Shown here in pieces: positions 50,250 through 60,832 of a stretch of 64,000 nt of DNA. The notes beneath the pieces are model-generated. The model was not told the DNA's origin, made no database searches, and saw nothing but the letters and a program-made list of their open reading frames with translations. Location: NCBI GenBank assembly GCA_946499835.1, contig CAMMTJ010000005.1, forward strand, positions 930 through 64,929, written 5' to 3'. Origin of the DNA: an uncultured Bacillota bacterium. Its GTDB lineage: Bacteria > Bacillota > Clostridia > Christensenellales > UBA1242. The stretch's first letter is position 1; each line of letters opens with the position of its first letter. The translations under genes and the position numbers were made by a program.

Positions 50250-50304
50250 AACTTTCCTCCAAAACAAAGAGTTTTTTCAACAAAAGTCTATTAAATATAG
50301 GTGT

Positions 50305-51345
50305 TTATGAAAGACCTTGCTTCATCGCCTCGTTTATATCTTCTTCTGTCAGTTCCAGTGCAGGTTTATAATGAAATTTTGAATATTTCTTTTTGTTTCT
50401 TATGCCATAAATTTCAGTATATGTGCGACTTTCTCGAATAGTCTCTGAATTTTTTGAAATTTTGAGAGGCTTGTAGCAAGGATCGACACAAATTTTTCTT
50501 TCAATAATTGGCATAACCGCTTTGCGACTTGCACGTCCATTTGCTTTCAAGTAAGGATCATGCTCATTTCTTTTTGCTATTTTTTTGCCTGTGATGTAAG
50601 AGACTTCTTTAATAGAAAGAACAACTCCTGGATCATCACGTTTGACTCTACCAGTTGCCAAAGCGGATAACACGGCATCTTTTTTCGTTGTGGCGTGTTT
50701 TATGACTTGAAGGGGATAATATTTCCCTTTGCCAACATGACCGCCTTTCAAAACTATTAGGTAAGTTTTAAGTTTGGCATTGTTTTTTTGATTGTCAACA
50801 CTTTTTTGAGAGATGATTTTGTCAAGTAATTTGATTTTTGGTTGATAAATGCTTTTATATTCTTGGGTAGAGAAAGATAACAATTTTTTCAAGTTATTAT
50901 ATCGGTCGAGCAATGTTTTTGAAATTGTGACAAAATTTTCATGGCCTTTATTGTTTATTCTTTTGCTTAAATACGCATATTCAACAGCAAGAGTTGCATC
51001 TGTTATGCAGTTTGCATTGGGGTCATCAAGAAACTGGGTGTTGGCCCACAAAATTTCATAAATTTTGTCTTGATTTTTTATTCCAAGTTTATCCAAAACC
51101 TTGTATTTTTTAAGATAGTCTATGCAACCGAGTTTCTCTTCTGAACTTTCTATTTTTCTTATGTGGCGAAAAATTGTCGTATAAAAAACATTTTCACAGT
51201 CAAGCCCACGTTCTTTTGCCAATAAATATGCCTCACTTGCCATAGGTATCAAGCGATTATGCACAAATTGTGGGTTGTATTTGTGGATTGGCGACTTTCT
51301 CAAAAAGTCTAGCATTTGTTGTTGCAAAAAATCTAAGTCTTTCAT
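50305..51345 (-). CDS. Hypothetical two-domain protein (degenerate HD-like helical part and basic GHVG domain)
   Basis: 346-aa ORF; C-domain YLIVLKGGHVGKGKYYP...RVKRD...DPYL. Confidence 0.6.
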   Translation of the reverse strand: MKDLDFLQQQMLDFLRKSPIHKYNPQFVHNRLIPMASEAYLLAKERGLDCENVFYTTIFRHIRKIESSEEKLGCIDYLKKYKVLDKLGIKNQDKIYEILWANTQFLDDPNANCITDATLAVEYAYLSKRINNKGHENFVTISKTLLDRYNNLKKLLSFSTQEYKSIYQPKIKLLDKIISQKSVDNQKNNAKLKTYLIVLKGGHVGKGKYYPLQVIKHATTKKDAVLSALATGRVKRDDPGVVLSIKEVSYITGKKIAKRNEHDPYLKANGRASRKAVMPIIERKICVDPCYKPLKISKNSETIRESRTYTEIYGIRNKKKYSKFHYKPALELTEEDINEAMKQGLS

Positions 51346-51399
51346 AATATTCCTTTGAAATTATTATACAACCACAAATCCTTGCTTGTCAAGTTGGCT

Positions 51400-52974
51400 T
51401 TATAATTTGAGATAAAGAGAATTGCCTTGTTTTTTGAGAAGTATGGAAAATGTTGCAAACAAAACAAGGGTTATGCCTATATGAATCAACATGAAAATCC
51501 AAGGGGCAAGTATTGAAAGGATCTGTGGAAAAATCATAACTATTGCAAATGGCAACAGTGAAAGAGCGAAAGCGACCATTACGCCATAAAAAACAGAGAT
51601 AGATTGTTTGACAGCCTGAGTTTCAGTTGTCCAGTTGACTTTTGGATATTTGAGATTTATATAAAGTCCGACAGTCACCATAGCAACGAGAGAAGAAATT
51701 TGCGTCAGCAAAGAAAAAATGATCATCAAGATTTCTCCGCCTGAGATTGAAAAGAAAAGTATGTTTGCAATCACAATAAATGGCAAGTATAAAACTACTG
51801 AAAATATTATTTTGCTCAGCGCAATTTTTTCAAAAGAAATTGGAAGACTTTTGGTCGTCTCTATGTTTGGGCCATCCACATTGAAAGTGACATATGTTGG
51901 AAGGGCACTTCCAAAACAACATATTGCACACATGGAAAATATTACTGCAAACATTGGGGCGAGTTCGCTTGGCACATCTTGTGTGGTTAGAGATAAAATG
52001 AGTGCCAAGACAATGGTCATTATTGCGCCCATAAAACAGTTTGTGCAATAGATTGGCATATTGAAAAATGTCTTAAATTCCTTTTTGAGAAGCGTTGAAA
52101 AAACAGGACGAGATTTGTATGTGATAGAAATCTTTTTGCTTGATGATGATTTGTCTGACAAACTGCTTCGATTGAAAGCGAAAGTGCTGAGAGTTACGCT
52201 CAAAGCAAGGCAGACAAAACAAATGCCCAAAAACATTAAGAAGAAGAGGAAGGTGCCCGCTGTTATGCTTTCAAATAATGGCCAGATATATGGCAAGACA
52301 ATTTTTATCCATAGAGGAATTTCTCCGCTTGTGAAAAGTGAGGTTAAAGAACCAGAAGATGAAAGTGATATGAAAACAACAAGTCCAATCGTCAAAACCA
52401 GTGAAAAGATTGTGGTAACCATGTTTTTGTTTTTCATCTTTGCTGTCAAAAGACTTATTAAGAAACCCAAAGCATTTCCTATAAGCATAATAAATGATGG
52501 CAACAAAAACAAAGAGATTATGCAATAGATGATGGGAACTATCGATATTGGTGCAAAGCAGAAATATACCACAAAGACTGGAAAAGATGAGGCGGTTGAG
52601 AAAAACAGACAGTTGAGATAAGAACTTGCAAATTTTGCCACTACTATTTGCACAGGTTTAATTGGCAGGGGTGATAACATCTCAAAATCTTTTGCACGAA
52701 AAAAGACAGCCTGTTGCTCAAACACTGTGAACATAAGCGTCATAAATGCCGAAAAGATAAGCCCAACCACCAAAACCATTTCCACCATGCCTGCTGAGGC
52801 AAACTGCTGGGCTATTCCGTAAAAAGAAGAGCCAAGAGCGGCTGCAACAAAAATCATAAGGCATATAAAAAACAAAGCGTTTTTCCAAAGAGGAGAGACT
52901 TTTTTCGAGTTGCCAAAGGATGAAAATGTTTGTTTGAGATAGATCTTGATCAAATCAGTTGTCGTTTTTCTCAT
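51400..52974 (-). CDS. ABC transporter permease (multi-TM)
   Basis: KDFEMLSPLPI, KSLPI, YPKVNWTTETQAVKQS. Confidence 0.85.
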   Translation of the reverse strand: MRKTTTDLIKIYLKQTFSSFGNSKKVSPLWKNALFFICLMIFVAAALGSSFYGIAQQFASAGMVEMVLVVGLIFSAFMTLMFTVFEQQAVFFRAKDFEMLSPLPIKPVQIVVAKFASSYLNCLFFSTASSFPVFVVYFCFAPISIVPIIYCIISLFLLPSFIMLIGNALGFLISLLTAKMKNKNMVTTIFSLVLTIGLVVFISLSSSGSLTSLFTSGEIPLWIKIVLPYIWPLFESITAGTFLFFLMFLGICFVCLALSVTLSTFAFNRSSLSDKSSSSKKISITYKSRPVFSTLLKKEFKTFFNMPIYCTNCFMGAIMTIVLALILSLTTQDVPSELAPMFAVIFSMCAICCFGSALPTYVTFNVDGPNIETTKSLPISFEKIALSKIIFSVVLYLPFIVIANILFFSISGGEILMIIFSLLTQISSLVAMVTVGLYINLKYPKVNWTTETQAVKQSISVFYGVMVAFALSLLPFAIVMIFPQILSILAPWIFMLIHIGITLVLFATFSILLKKQGNSLYLKL

Positions 52975-53689
52975 TTTCTATCTCCAAGAAAAGTTGTTCA
53001 AGGTCTTTATTGCCTCTTATTTCATCCATTTTGCCTAAGCAAAGCAACTTTCCTTTTTTTATTATTGCAACGTGTGAGCACAACTTTTCTGCAACCTCCA
53101 AAACATGGGTTGAATAAAAGATAGCCACGCCAGTCGAAGATTTTTCTTTTAAGATTTCTTTAAGTTCATGGCTACTCACTGGATCAAGCCCAACAAAAGG
53201 CTCGTCCATAAGCAAAACTTTTGGATTGTGGACAAGTGCACAAACTATTGCAAGTTTTTGTTTCATACCATGACTGTAAGTGGATATTTTTCCACCAAGA
53301 TCGTCATAAATACCAAGCCTTTTTGCGTAGAACTCTGTTTTTGCTTCTCGCTCTTTTTCGCTGACTCCAAAGACGTCACAGATAAAGTTTATCTGCTCAA
53401 TTCCACGCGAATGTTCAAAGAGTTGCGGATTATCAGGCAAATATGCAATCTCCATCTTTGCTTTCATGGGTTCTTTTTTTATGTCGATGCCATCGATCAA
53501 AATTTGACCTTCATCAAAATCGATTATTCCAGCAATCGCCTTTAAGGTCGTGGTTTTTCCTGCACCATTGTGACCAATAAATGCCATAATTTGACCGCCA
53601 TCTATTGAAAGAGTCAAGTTGTCCACAGCCTTTTTGCTTTCACCATTTTTTGAACCATAAATTTTTGACAAAGACTTTATTTCAAGCAT
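52955..53689 (-). CDS. ABC transporter ATP-binding protein
   Basis: GHNGAGKTT, YSHGMKQK, MDEPFVGLDP. Confidence 0.93.
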   Translation of the reverse strand: MLEIKSLSKIYGSKNGESKKAVDNLTLSIDGGQIMAFIGHNGAGKTTTLKAIAGIIDFDEGQILIDGIDIKKEPMKAKMEIAYLPDNPQLFEHSRGIEQINFICDVFGVSEKEREAKTEFYAKRLGIYDDLGGKISTYSHGMKQKLAIVCALVHNPKVLLMDEPFVGLDPVSSHELKEILKEKSSTGVAIFYSTHVLEVAEKLCSHVAIIKKGKLLCLGKMDEIRGNKDLEQLFLEIENEKNDN

Positions 53690-53704
53690 AAATCCTCCTT
53701 ATTT

Positions 53705-54625
53705 TTATCCCATCAAAAAGCCTTGAATTATCACTTTTTCTGCTTCTTCTTGACTTAGTCCCAAAGTCATAAGTTTGACAAGTTCGTCACCAGCAATCTT
53801 TCCAATGGCTGCTTCGTGAACAAGAGATGCTTCCACGCATTTTGCAGTTATTTTTGGAATAGAGATCATTTGTGCATCGCCAAGCAAAATTCCGTCACAT
53901 TCGACATGTCCAAAGCACTCATTTTCACCAACAAGGTTGGATAAAAATTCTTGACGAGATGAGTCTTTTGCAACGCTGTGGCTGACAACTTCAACAGAGC
54001 AATCTTTTCCTTTCAAATTGACCTTGAATTTTGTCTTTGCTTGCTGATTGTCAGTCGTCAAAATGTTTTCCTTGATGACAAGTTTTGCCTTGTCGTCCAA
54101 AGTGGCATTTGTTGTCCTTAAAGAACTGTCAACACCACCAATTTGCAAAGTGTCAATTTCCACGAAAGAATTTTCGCCAAGATGCAAGTTTGTCACAGGG
54201 TTCAAAATTTTTCCGCCTTTGCCAATTCCAGAACCAAAATGTTTTTCAACATATTTGACGTGTGCATTTTTTCCAACATAAAAGGTGTGAATGCCATTGT
54301 GCTCACTGTCATGACAGGTTGGATTGTCAATACCGCAACCTGCGATGATGACCACATCGGCGTCATCGCCGATATAGAAGGTGTTGTAAACAAGATCGGT
54401 AAAGCCTCCCTTGGTCACAATAACAGGTATATGCACACTTTTGTTTTTTACCCCATTTTTTACAATAATATCAATGCCACTTTTGCCTTTTTTTGGCACA
54501 ATTTCAATTTCTGCATCGCTATGTCTTGCAACAGCCTCACCATTTTTTCTTATATTAAACACGCCAGTAGGTGTGGAGTGGAGGTCGGCAATTTGTTCAA
54601 GCAGTTTTTTGTCTATCTTATTCAT
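53705..54625 (-). CDS. sufB: SufB/SufD-family Fe-S scaffold protein, short form
   Basis: GHVECDG, HEAAIGKIAG, LMTLGLS. Confidence 0.85.
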   Translation of the reverse strand: MNKIDKKLLEQIADLHSTPTGVFNIRKNGEAVARHSDAEIEIVPKKGKSGIDIIVKNGVKNKSVHIPVIVTKGGFTDLVYNTFYIGDDADVVIIAGCGIDNPTCHDSEHNGIHTFYVGKNAHVKYVEKHFGSGIGKGGKILNPVTNLHLGENSFVEIDTLQIGGVDSSLRTTNATLDDKAKLVIKENILTTDNQQAKTKFKVNLKGKDCSVEVVSHSVAKDSSRQEFLSNLVGENECFGHVECDGILLGDAQMISIPKITAKCVEASLVHEAAIGKIAGDELVKLMTLGLSQEEAEKVIIQGFLMG

Positions 54626-55328
54626 TTTCACCTCGCAGTTTGGTGCAAGAAGAGTTTGTGGTCAAAGGCAAGATTTCTTCTTTGCCTCCAACTTTGACAA
54701 TTTCTCCATTTTTCATGAGTATAATCTTATCGGCAATTTCCAAAATTTTTCTTTGATGGCTGACGATAAGAGTTGTCCCTTTGACAGAGGAGAAAAGACT
54801 CACAAGTTTGTCAAAACTCCACAGGTCTATTCCTGCCTCAGGTTCGTCAAAGATGTTGAGTTTGCCTTTGCGTGACAAAGCCATGGCAAGTTCAATACGT
54901 TTGAGTTCGCCACCGCTGAGTTTGTCGTCTATGTATCTGTCTATATAATCTCTTGCGCACAATCCAACCTTTGAAAGATAGTCACAATTCTGTGACAAAC
55001 TATTCTTTTGGCCAGAGGCTATATCCAAAAGTTCTTTCACTTTCAAGCCCTTAAAGGTGACAGGAGACTGAAAGGCAAAAGATATTCCAAGTCTTGCCCT
55101 TTCATGTATAGGCATTGATGAAATGTCTTTTCCGCCAAAAAAGATTTGTCCACTCGTTTGCGACAAGATCCCCATTATGATTTTGACAAGAGTGCTTTTT
55201 CCGCTTCCGTTTTGTCCAGTGATCACATAGAGTTTGTTTTGAGCAAGCGACAAATTGATATTTTTGAGTATTTCTTTGCTTTTTCCGTTCTCTTGGACAG
55301 AAAAAGATAGGTTTTTGATTTCAAGCAT
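54618..55328 (-). CDS. sufC: SufC-like ABC ATPase
   Basis: GQNGSGKST, ERARLGI, LSGGELKRIE, FDEPEAGIDLWS. Confidence 0.88.
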   Translation of the reverse strand: MLEIKNLSFSVQENGKSKEILKNINLSLAQNKLYVITGQNGSGKSTLVKIIMGILSQTSGQIFFGGKDISSMPIHERARLGISFAFQSPVTFKGLKVKELLDIASGQKNSLSQNCDYLSKVGLCARDYIDRYIDDKLSGGELKRIELAMALSRKGKLNIFDEPEAGIDLWSFDKLVSLFSSVKGTTLIVSHQRKILEIADKIILMKNGEIVKVGGKEEILPLTTNSSCTKLRGENE

Positions 55329-55415
55329 ACAAAGAGTATAACGCTTTTTGTCCGTTTAGTCAACAAAAAGGCTGTTTAGTTTGACTTACAAAATTTTATT
55401 ATTTATACTTTAACT

Positions 55416-56672
55416 ATGAAATCCAAACAAAAGATGAAATTACGCAGCAACAAGATCCTTGCCCTGTTTCGTGTGTTTTCTTGGGATCTTGTTTTCTTTT
55501 ATTCTTTCAGCGTGCTATTTTTGACACAAATCAAAGGCTTTTCGGAAGCAGAGATAATGTACACAAGTGCGGTGGTTGCTCTTGTGCCAATTTTACTTCA
55601 ATATCCTTTTAACTTGGTGGCAAAAAAGATAGGCCCTCTTGCTTCTGTCAGACTAGGCATGTTTTGTTTTCTTGCTTTTACAGCAGGCATCTTAATTTAT
55701 GAAAATGTGGTTCTTTTGTATCTTAACTATTGTTTGTATGCAATAGGGGCAATATTTCTTGTTCCAAACGTTTCCGTTTTGGCAATCAATAATTTGAAAG
55801 TGGAAGGCAAGGATGGTGAATTTTCAAGACTTGAAGGGCGAGGCGCAGGCGTTTATTATATCATCAACGCAGTCGCTTCAATTGGACTTGGTTATCTGTT
55901 TGATGTCAATGCCTATTTGACAATGTCTTTTGCAGTTATGGCAAGTGTGGTTGGCGTCATTTTGTCTTTTGTGATAAGAGATGAAGAAAAGTTTGCAGGC
56001 AATCTGCCAGAGCAGACTCTTCCACCAAAAGAGGAAGAGATTCCTCAAAAAGCAAAAAAGAAAAAGACTGTTGGGCTTGCAATGATTTATCTCCTTTTGA
56101 TTTCAACAAGTTTTTATGGACTTATCATGCTTGAAAGCAACATCAAACAACTGTTATTCCAAGAAGTTTTGTTCAGCGCCACAGCGATTGGGTGGATAAG
56201 TTTTGGAGTATCCATTGTCAAAAGCGCTTCTTGTGAGGTTTTCAAGTTTTTCAAACATAAGGCAAAACTTTTCATCACAATCGTTCCGTTATTCTATCTT
56301 GCAATCTTGCTTGCCATGGCAATCATATTTCTTTTGGTGGACAATTTGTTGGCATTGCAAATTATGGTTATCATTGTCAGTGTATTGCTTCCTTTTTTCA
56401 ACGAACCATTCAAGATTGGCGCGAAAGACTATATCAGACAGACGGTGCCAGAAAAAGAACAGGTGGATGCCTATTCAAACCTCTTTGTTGTGAGAAATAT
56501 AAGTCAACTGTTTTATAGTTTCTTTATTGGGACGTTGCTGACAGGAATGAGTCTTTCTTCAAGTCTTTTATACATCGTCGCTGTTGGCGGAGGAATGTAT
56601 GCTATTGCTCAGATTACATATTTTGTCATAAAGAAAGTCAGGGCAAAGAAAAATTCTGTATTTTTGCAGTAA
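55416..56672 (+). CDS. MFS transporter
   Basis: About 12 TM helices in two halves separated by a central loop. Confidence 0.82.
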   Translation: MKSKQKMKLRSNKILALFRVFSWDLVFFYSFSVLFLTQIKGFSEAEIMYTSAVVALVPILLQYPFNLVAKKIGPLASVRLGMFCFLAFTAGILIYENVVLLYLNYCLYAIGAIFLVPNVSVLAINNLKVEGKDGEFSRLEGRGAGVYYIINAVASIGLGYLFDVNAYLTMSFAVMASVVGVILSFVIRDEEKFAGNLPEQTLPPKEEEIPQKAKKKKTVGLAMIYLLLISTSFYGLIMLESNIKQLLFQEVLFSATAIGWISFGVSIVKSASCEVFKFFKHKAKLFITIVPLFYLAILLAMAIIFLLVDNLLALQIMVIIVSVLLPFFNEPFKIGAKDYIRQTVPEKEQVDAYSNLFVVRNISQLFYSFFIGTLLTGMSLSSSLLYIVAVGGGMYAIAQITYFVIKKVRAKKNSVFLQ

Positions 56673-56737
56673 AGAAGCAAATTTGTTTGGCATGAAGAGA
56701 AAGTTAATGTATAATTAAATCAAGGAGGATAAGGAGT

Positions 56738-57049
56738 ATGGCAAACAAATCTTCAAAATCAACAAAATCAACAACAAAAAGAAGCGTTTGGGGTCTCAAC
56801 AAAATCAGCATGTGGATGCTTATTGCCGTTGCACTTTTGTATGTGGTTTCAATGATTCTTTCACTCGTAAGCCAAGATCTTGCAGTTGCAGTGCTTGCAA
56901 TCCAAGGCGTAGCAACAGCAATCATGGTTTGCATCGTTGCAGTGCTTGCTTGGAGATATGTCCGTCCAAAAGAAGTGGTATGGAAAATTCTCTACGTGCT
57001 TTGCTTGTTGCTTGTGATTGTTGGCGTGATTATTCCAATGTGCGTATAA
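56738..57049 (+). CDS. Small membrane protein (three TM helices)
   Basis: Strong RBS; hydrophobic. Confidence 0.7.
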   Translation: MANKSSKSTKSTTKRSVWGLNKISMWMLIAVALLYVVSMILSLVSQDLAVAVLAIQGVATAIMVCIVAVLAWRYVRPKEVVWKILYVLCLLLVIVGVIIPMCV

Positions 57050-57152
57050 AAAAGAAGGCAAAAAAAGAGCCTTCTTTTTTTTGTAAAAATTCCCTCAATA
57101 TTGACTTTGAAATAAAAATGATATATAATATTATTAACAAAAGGGGGGATTT

Positions 57153-59999
57153 GTGACAATAGAGGAAAAACTCAAATCAAATGAGTGGAAAAAATATAGA
57201 AAACAAATTCCAGATGCAAAGGGACTAGGCAAGCATTATGTGAAAGATACTTGCAAAATTTTGTCTATTGCAGATGACTTCAAACAAATGGACAACCAAA
57301 CTCTTCAAATGAGGGCAAAATCTCTTCAAGAAAGAGTAAAAAATGGTGAAAAACTCGACAATGTCAAGTATGAGGCTTATGCACTTATGCGTGAGGCTTC
57401 TCGTCGTGTGCTTGGCAAAGAACAATATCCAGTCCAAGTGCTTGGTGCTTGTGCTTTGTATGATGGCAATATCGCAGAAATGGCAACAGGGGAAGGCAAA
57501 ACTCTTATGGCACTTTTGCCAACATATCTCTATGCTTTGACAGGTGAGAACGTTCATGTGATAACAGCCAATGAATATCTTGCAAAACGTGACAGCGAAA
57601 TGGCAGGAAAAGTGTTTGAGTTTCTTGGTATGACTTGTGGCGTTTCGACAGCAAGAATGAAGACAGAAGACAAGCAGAAGGCTTACAGAAAAAATGTAAC
57701 TTACACAACTTGCACAGAAGTCGGCTTTGACTATTTGCGTGACAATATGGCTTTGTCAAAAGACACACAAGTTTTGCAAGGTTGCAATTTTGCAGTTATT
57801 GACGAAGTGGACAATGTCCTTCTTGACGAGGGAATGACCCCACTTGTTATCAGTGCAGGAAAGGAAAAGAGAGATGAAAATCTTCTCAAAAAAGCAAAGG
57901 AGTTTGTTGACTCTTTGAAGGCAGAAGATGTTGAACTTGCCCTTGATAGTTTTTATGTTGCTCTGACCGATGAAGGTATGGATAGAGCGGAAAAGTTTTT
58001 TGGCGTAGAAGGACTGTATGGTGATCAGGATGCGGAAGAAGAGGGTGAAGTTGACATAGACAAGGCGATTTTGAGAGATTATATTTCAAACGCGTTGAAG
58101 GCAGAATATCTTTTCGAAAAAGATCGTGAATATATTGTGACAGATGACAAGATTGAAATTGTCGGTGGATCTATTGGTAGGGTGCTTTCTGGACGAGAAT
58201 ATTCAGACGGACTTCATCAAGCATTGCAAGCAAAAGAAGGTGTTTCAATCACACCTGAAACAAAGTATGCGGCAAAGATAACAATTCAAGGGCTTTTTGA
58301 CCTTTACAAACATAAGTGTGGAATGACAGGAACTGCAAGCACAGATGCAATCGAATTTGAAGAAGGCTATGATATGCCAGTTGTGCAAATTCCGCTCAAT
58401 AGAGAAAGAAAAAGAGAAGACTTAGGGATCGAGGTTTATGCAGACCAAAGAGAAAAGTTGATTGCAATCATTACACAAGTGGTTGAATGTCATGAAAAAG
58501 GACAGCCAATTTTGATTGGTGTGACAAGCGTTGAAGATTCACTTATGATCTCTGATTTGCTTAAACAATTTGGGCTTGACCATAATGTTCTTAACGCCAG
58601 AGTTTCGGCAGGCATAACTGCAAATGACAAAGATGAAAGACAAGCCCAAGATGAAGACTTTATTGTGGCGCAAGCAGGAAGAAAAGGTGCAATCACTGTT
58701 GCAACAAACATGGCGGGTCGTGGAACAGATATCTTGCTTGGTGGAAACAGTGAATTTATGGCTCGCGAAGCACTTCTCAAAGAAGGATACAGCGAAGAGC
58801 AAATTGCAAAAGCAGAAAGTTTGATTGAAAGTGAAGATGAAAAAGTCCGTGCATTGCAAGAGCGTTTCCAAGAATTGAAAGCATTCTTCCAAGAACAAGT
58901 TGAAAAGGAAAAGAAAGAAGTTGAAAATGCCGGTGGACTGTTTGTGCTTGGATGTGAATTGAACATGAGCAGACGTATTGATGATCAACTCAAAGGAAGA
59001 TCGGGCAGAAATGGTGACAAGGGGCAAACAAAAATTGTATGCTCGCTTGACGACAGGGTTATGGAAAGTGTGCTTGAAGAGGAAGAACTTGACAAACTCA
59101 AAAGAAAATATCAAGGGGTTGAAGGACAGATCAAAGATCGTTCTCTTCTTGGCGAAATGCAGTCTGCACAAAAAATGGCAGAAGGACGCTCAACACAATC
59201 AAGAAAATGGGCAAGAGCGTTTGGCAAAGGTGAAGACAAGATTCGCAAAAACTTTTATGCTCTTCGAGATGAGGCTCTTGATGAAAAATCTTCAATGACA
59301 AATCTTTATGGCGGAATGGTAAACTTTTTGATAAGAGAAGAACTTTCTTTGCCATATGATCAAGAGACTTATGACAAGAGCAATCCTCGTCAATATGTGA
59401 TTGAAAAGATTGCTGAAAAATATGGAGTTGACAAAGAGCCTCTCAAAGATGCTTATTTCTTGGAAGATAGACAAGTTGCTGACGAAATCACAAAAGCAGT
59501 CATGGATAGAGATGGCGAACTTCTCAAAAAATACAACAATTGGACAAAAGGACAATGGCTTCGCTCTTTGAATGGAGTTTGGGCTGAATATATTTCAAAA
59601 TCTTCTCAAATGTCTATGACGGCAGGGCTTTCTTATAGGGGAAGCAAAGATATTCCAGCAGATCTTGCAAAAGATCAACTCTCTCTTCTTGAAAAGATGA
59701 TAAATTCATGCGCTGAAAACTTTGTGCGTGAGACTCCAACAACTCTTCGTGAGGCAGAAGAAAAACGCAAGAAGGAAAGCGAAGCGAGAATGGCAAATCA
59801 AGCAGCCATGACCAATCCTACCAGCAGAAAAAGACGGATACGGATTATCACAAATGCAATTTTTGAACCTGTTCGAGAACAACAGCCAACACAGGAAAAT
59901 CAACCTCAAAAACAAGAAGAAAAACAACAAAAGAAAGGGAAGAATTTGTCTGACCTAGACGGTTCAGGATCTGGACAGGAAGGTGGAATGGGGATCTAA
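57153..59999 (+). CDS. secA: Divergent SecA-family translocase ATPase
   Basis: EMATGEGKT, DYLRDNM, DEVD, GMTGTA, ATNMAGRGTDI, RRIDDQLKGRSGR; no SEC-C tail. Confidence 0.88.
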   Translation: MTIEEKLKSNEWKKYRKQIPDAKGLGKHYVKDTCKILSIADDFKQMDNQTLQMRAKSLQERVKNGEKLDNVKYEAYALMREASRRVLGKEQYPVQVLGACALYDGNIAEMATGEGKTLMALLPTYLYALTGENVHVITANEYLAKRDSEMAGKVFEFLGMTCGVSTARMKTEDKQKAYRKNVTYTTCTEVGFDYLRDNMALSKDTQVLQGCNFAVIDEVDNVLLDEGMTPLVISAGKEKRDENLLKKAKEFVDSLKAEDVELALDSFYVALTDEGMDRAEKFFGVEGLYGDQDAEEEGEVDIDKAILRDYISNALKAEYLFEKDREYIVTDDKIEIVGGSIGRVLSGREYSDGLHQALQAKEGVSITPETKYAAKITIQGLFDLYKHKCGMTGTASTDAIEFEEGYDMPVVQIPLNRERKREDLGIEVYADQREKLIAIITQVVECHEKGQPILIGVTSVEDSLMISDLLKQFGLDHNVLNARVSAGITANDKDERQAQDEDFIVAQAGRKGAITVATNMAGRGTDILLGGNSEFMAREALLKEGYSEEQIAKAESLIESEDEKVRALQERFQELKAFFQEQVEKEKKEVENAGGLFVLGCELNMSRRIDDQLKGRSGRNGDKGQTKIVCSLDDRVMESVLEEEELDKLKRKYQGVEGQIKDRSLLGEMQSAQKMAEGRSTQSRKWARAFGKGEDKIRKNFYALRDEALDEKSSMTNLYGGMVNFLIREELSLPYDQETYDKSNPRQYVIEKIAEKYGVDKEPLKDAYFLEDRQVADEITKAVMDRDGELLKKYNNWTKGQWLRSLNGVWAEYISKSSQMSMTAGLSYRGSKDIPADLAKDQLSLLEKMINSCAENFVRETPTTLREAEEKRKKESEARMANQAAMTNPTSRKRRIRIITNAIFEPVREQQPTQENQPQKQEEKQQKKGKNLSDLDGSGSGQEGGMGI

Positions 60000-60110
60000 T
60001 TTGACAGATTAGACAAAAACAGACAAAGAAAAAATGATTAACAATTTTCCGAGCATCATAGTATAATAGTGGTTAGATGCAAAAATTTTAAAAAAGGAGG
60101 GGGTTAGGTC

Positions 60111-60344
60111 ATGAAGTCATTGGTTAAGGCTTTCGATTCATTGCCAAAATGGGTTAAAGTTATCCTTGCATTGCCTGTGCTTGACATTGTTTGGGCAATT
60201 TACAGACTTTGCAGATCAATTTCAAAAGGCAACGCTCTTGGCATCGTGCTTGCAGTTTTGATGCTCATCTTATGCCCAGTTATTTTCTGGCTCGTTGACA
60301 TCATCACATTGATTTTGATTGACAGAGTGCTTTGGATCGACTAA
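60111..60344 (+). CDS. Small membrane protein
   Basis: 77 aa, hydrophobic, strong RBS, terminator downstream. Confidence 0.7.
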   Translation: MKSLVKAFDSLPKWVKVILALPVLDIVWAIYRLCRSISKGNALGIVLAVLMLILCPVIFWLVDIITLILIDRVLWID

Positions 60345-60438
60345 AAAATCGCCTTTAAGAAAAGGCGTTTTTTTTATGCATAAAATCATTTGCAAAACTT
60401 GAAAAAAATGGGGTATAATAAAAATAGGAGAAAAGAAA

Positions 60439-60792
60439 ATGGCATTGAAGGCATTATTTAGAAAGGTTAAAGCTATGAGCGAAGAACAAAAAAAACAAAT
60501 GGAAGTTGATGCAATAAAACTTGCTGCAGTGCCCGTGCCTGGCAAAGAGTGTCCTGTGTGTGGAAACAAGTCGATTTTCACAGAGCCTGCCATCCCCGCA
60601 GTAATAAGACCTGCAATCTGGTCATATTTGATGTTGACAAGAAAACCTCGCTTTGTTTGTTTGAATCCTGGTTGCGATGCTTCTTATCAAAAGACAAAAA
60701 CAAGATTTACAGTAAACTCTATTGGAGATCTTGTGATGACCCATCCATTCAGTCAAATTTGCAAAGAAAATCCATTTAGAATACATTTATAA
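60439..60792 (+). CDS. Small zinc-ribbon protein
   Basis: CPVCG and CLNPGC pairs; RBS. Confidence 0.65.
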   Translation: MALKALFRKVKAMSEEQKKQMEVDAIKLAAVPVPGKECPVCGNKSIFTEPAIPAVIRPAIWSYLMLTRKPRFVCLNPGCDASYQKTKTRFTVNSIGDLVMTHPFSQICKENPFRIHL

Positions 60793-60832
60793 AAGACGAC
60801 CATATCGGTCGCCTTTTTTTGATATAAGCAAA

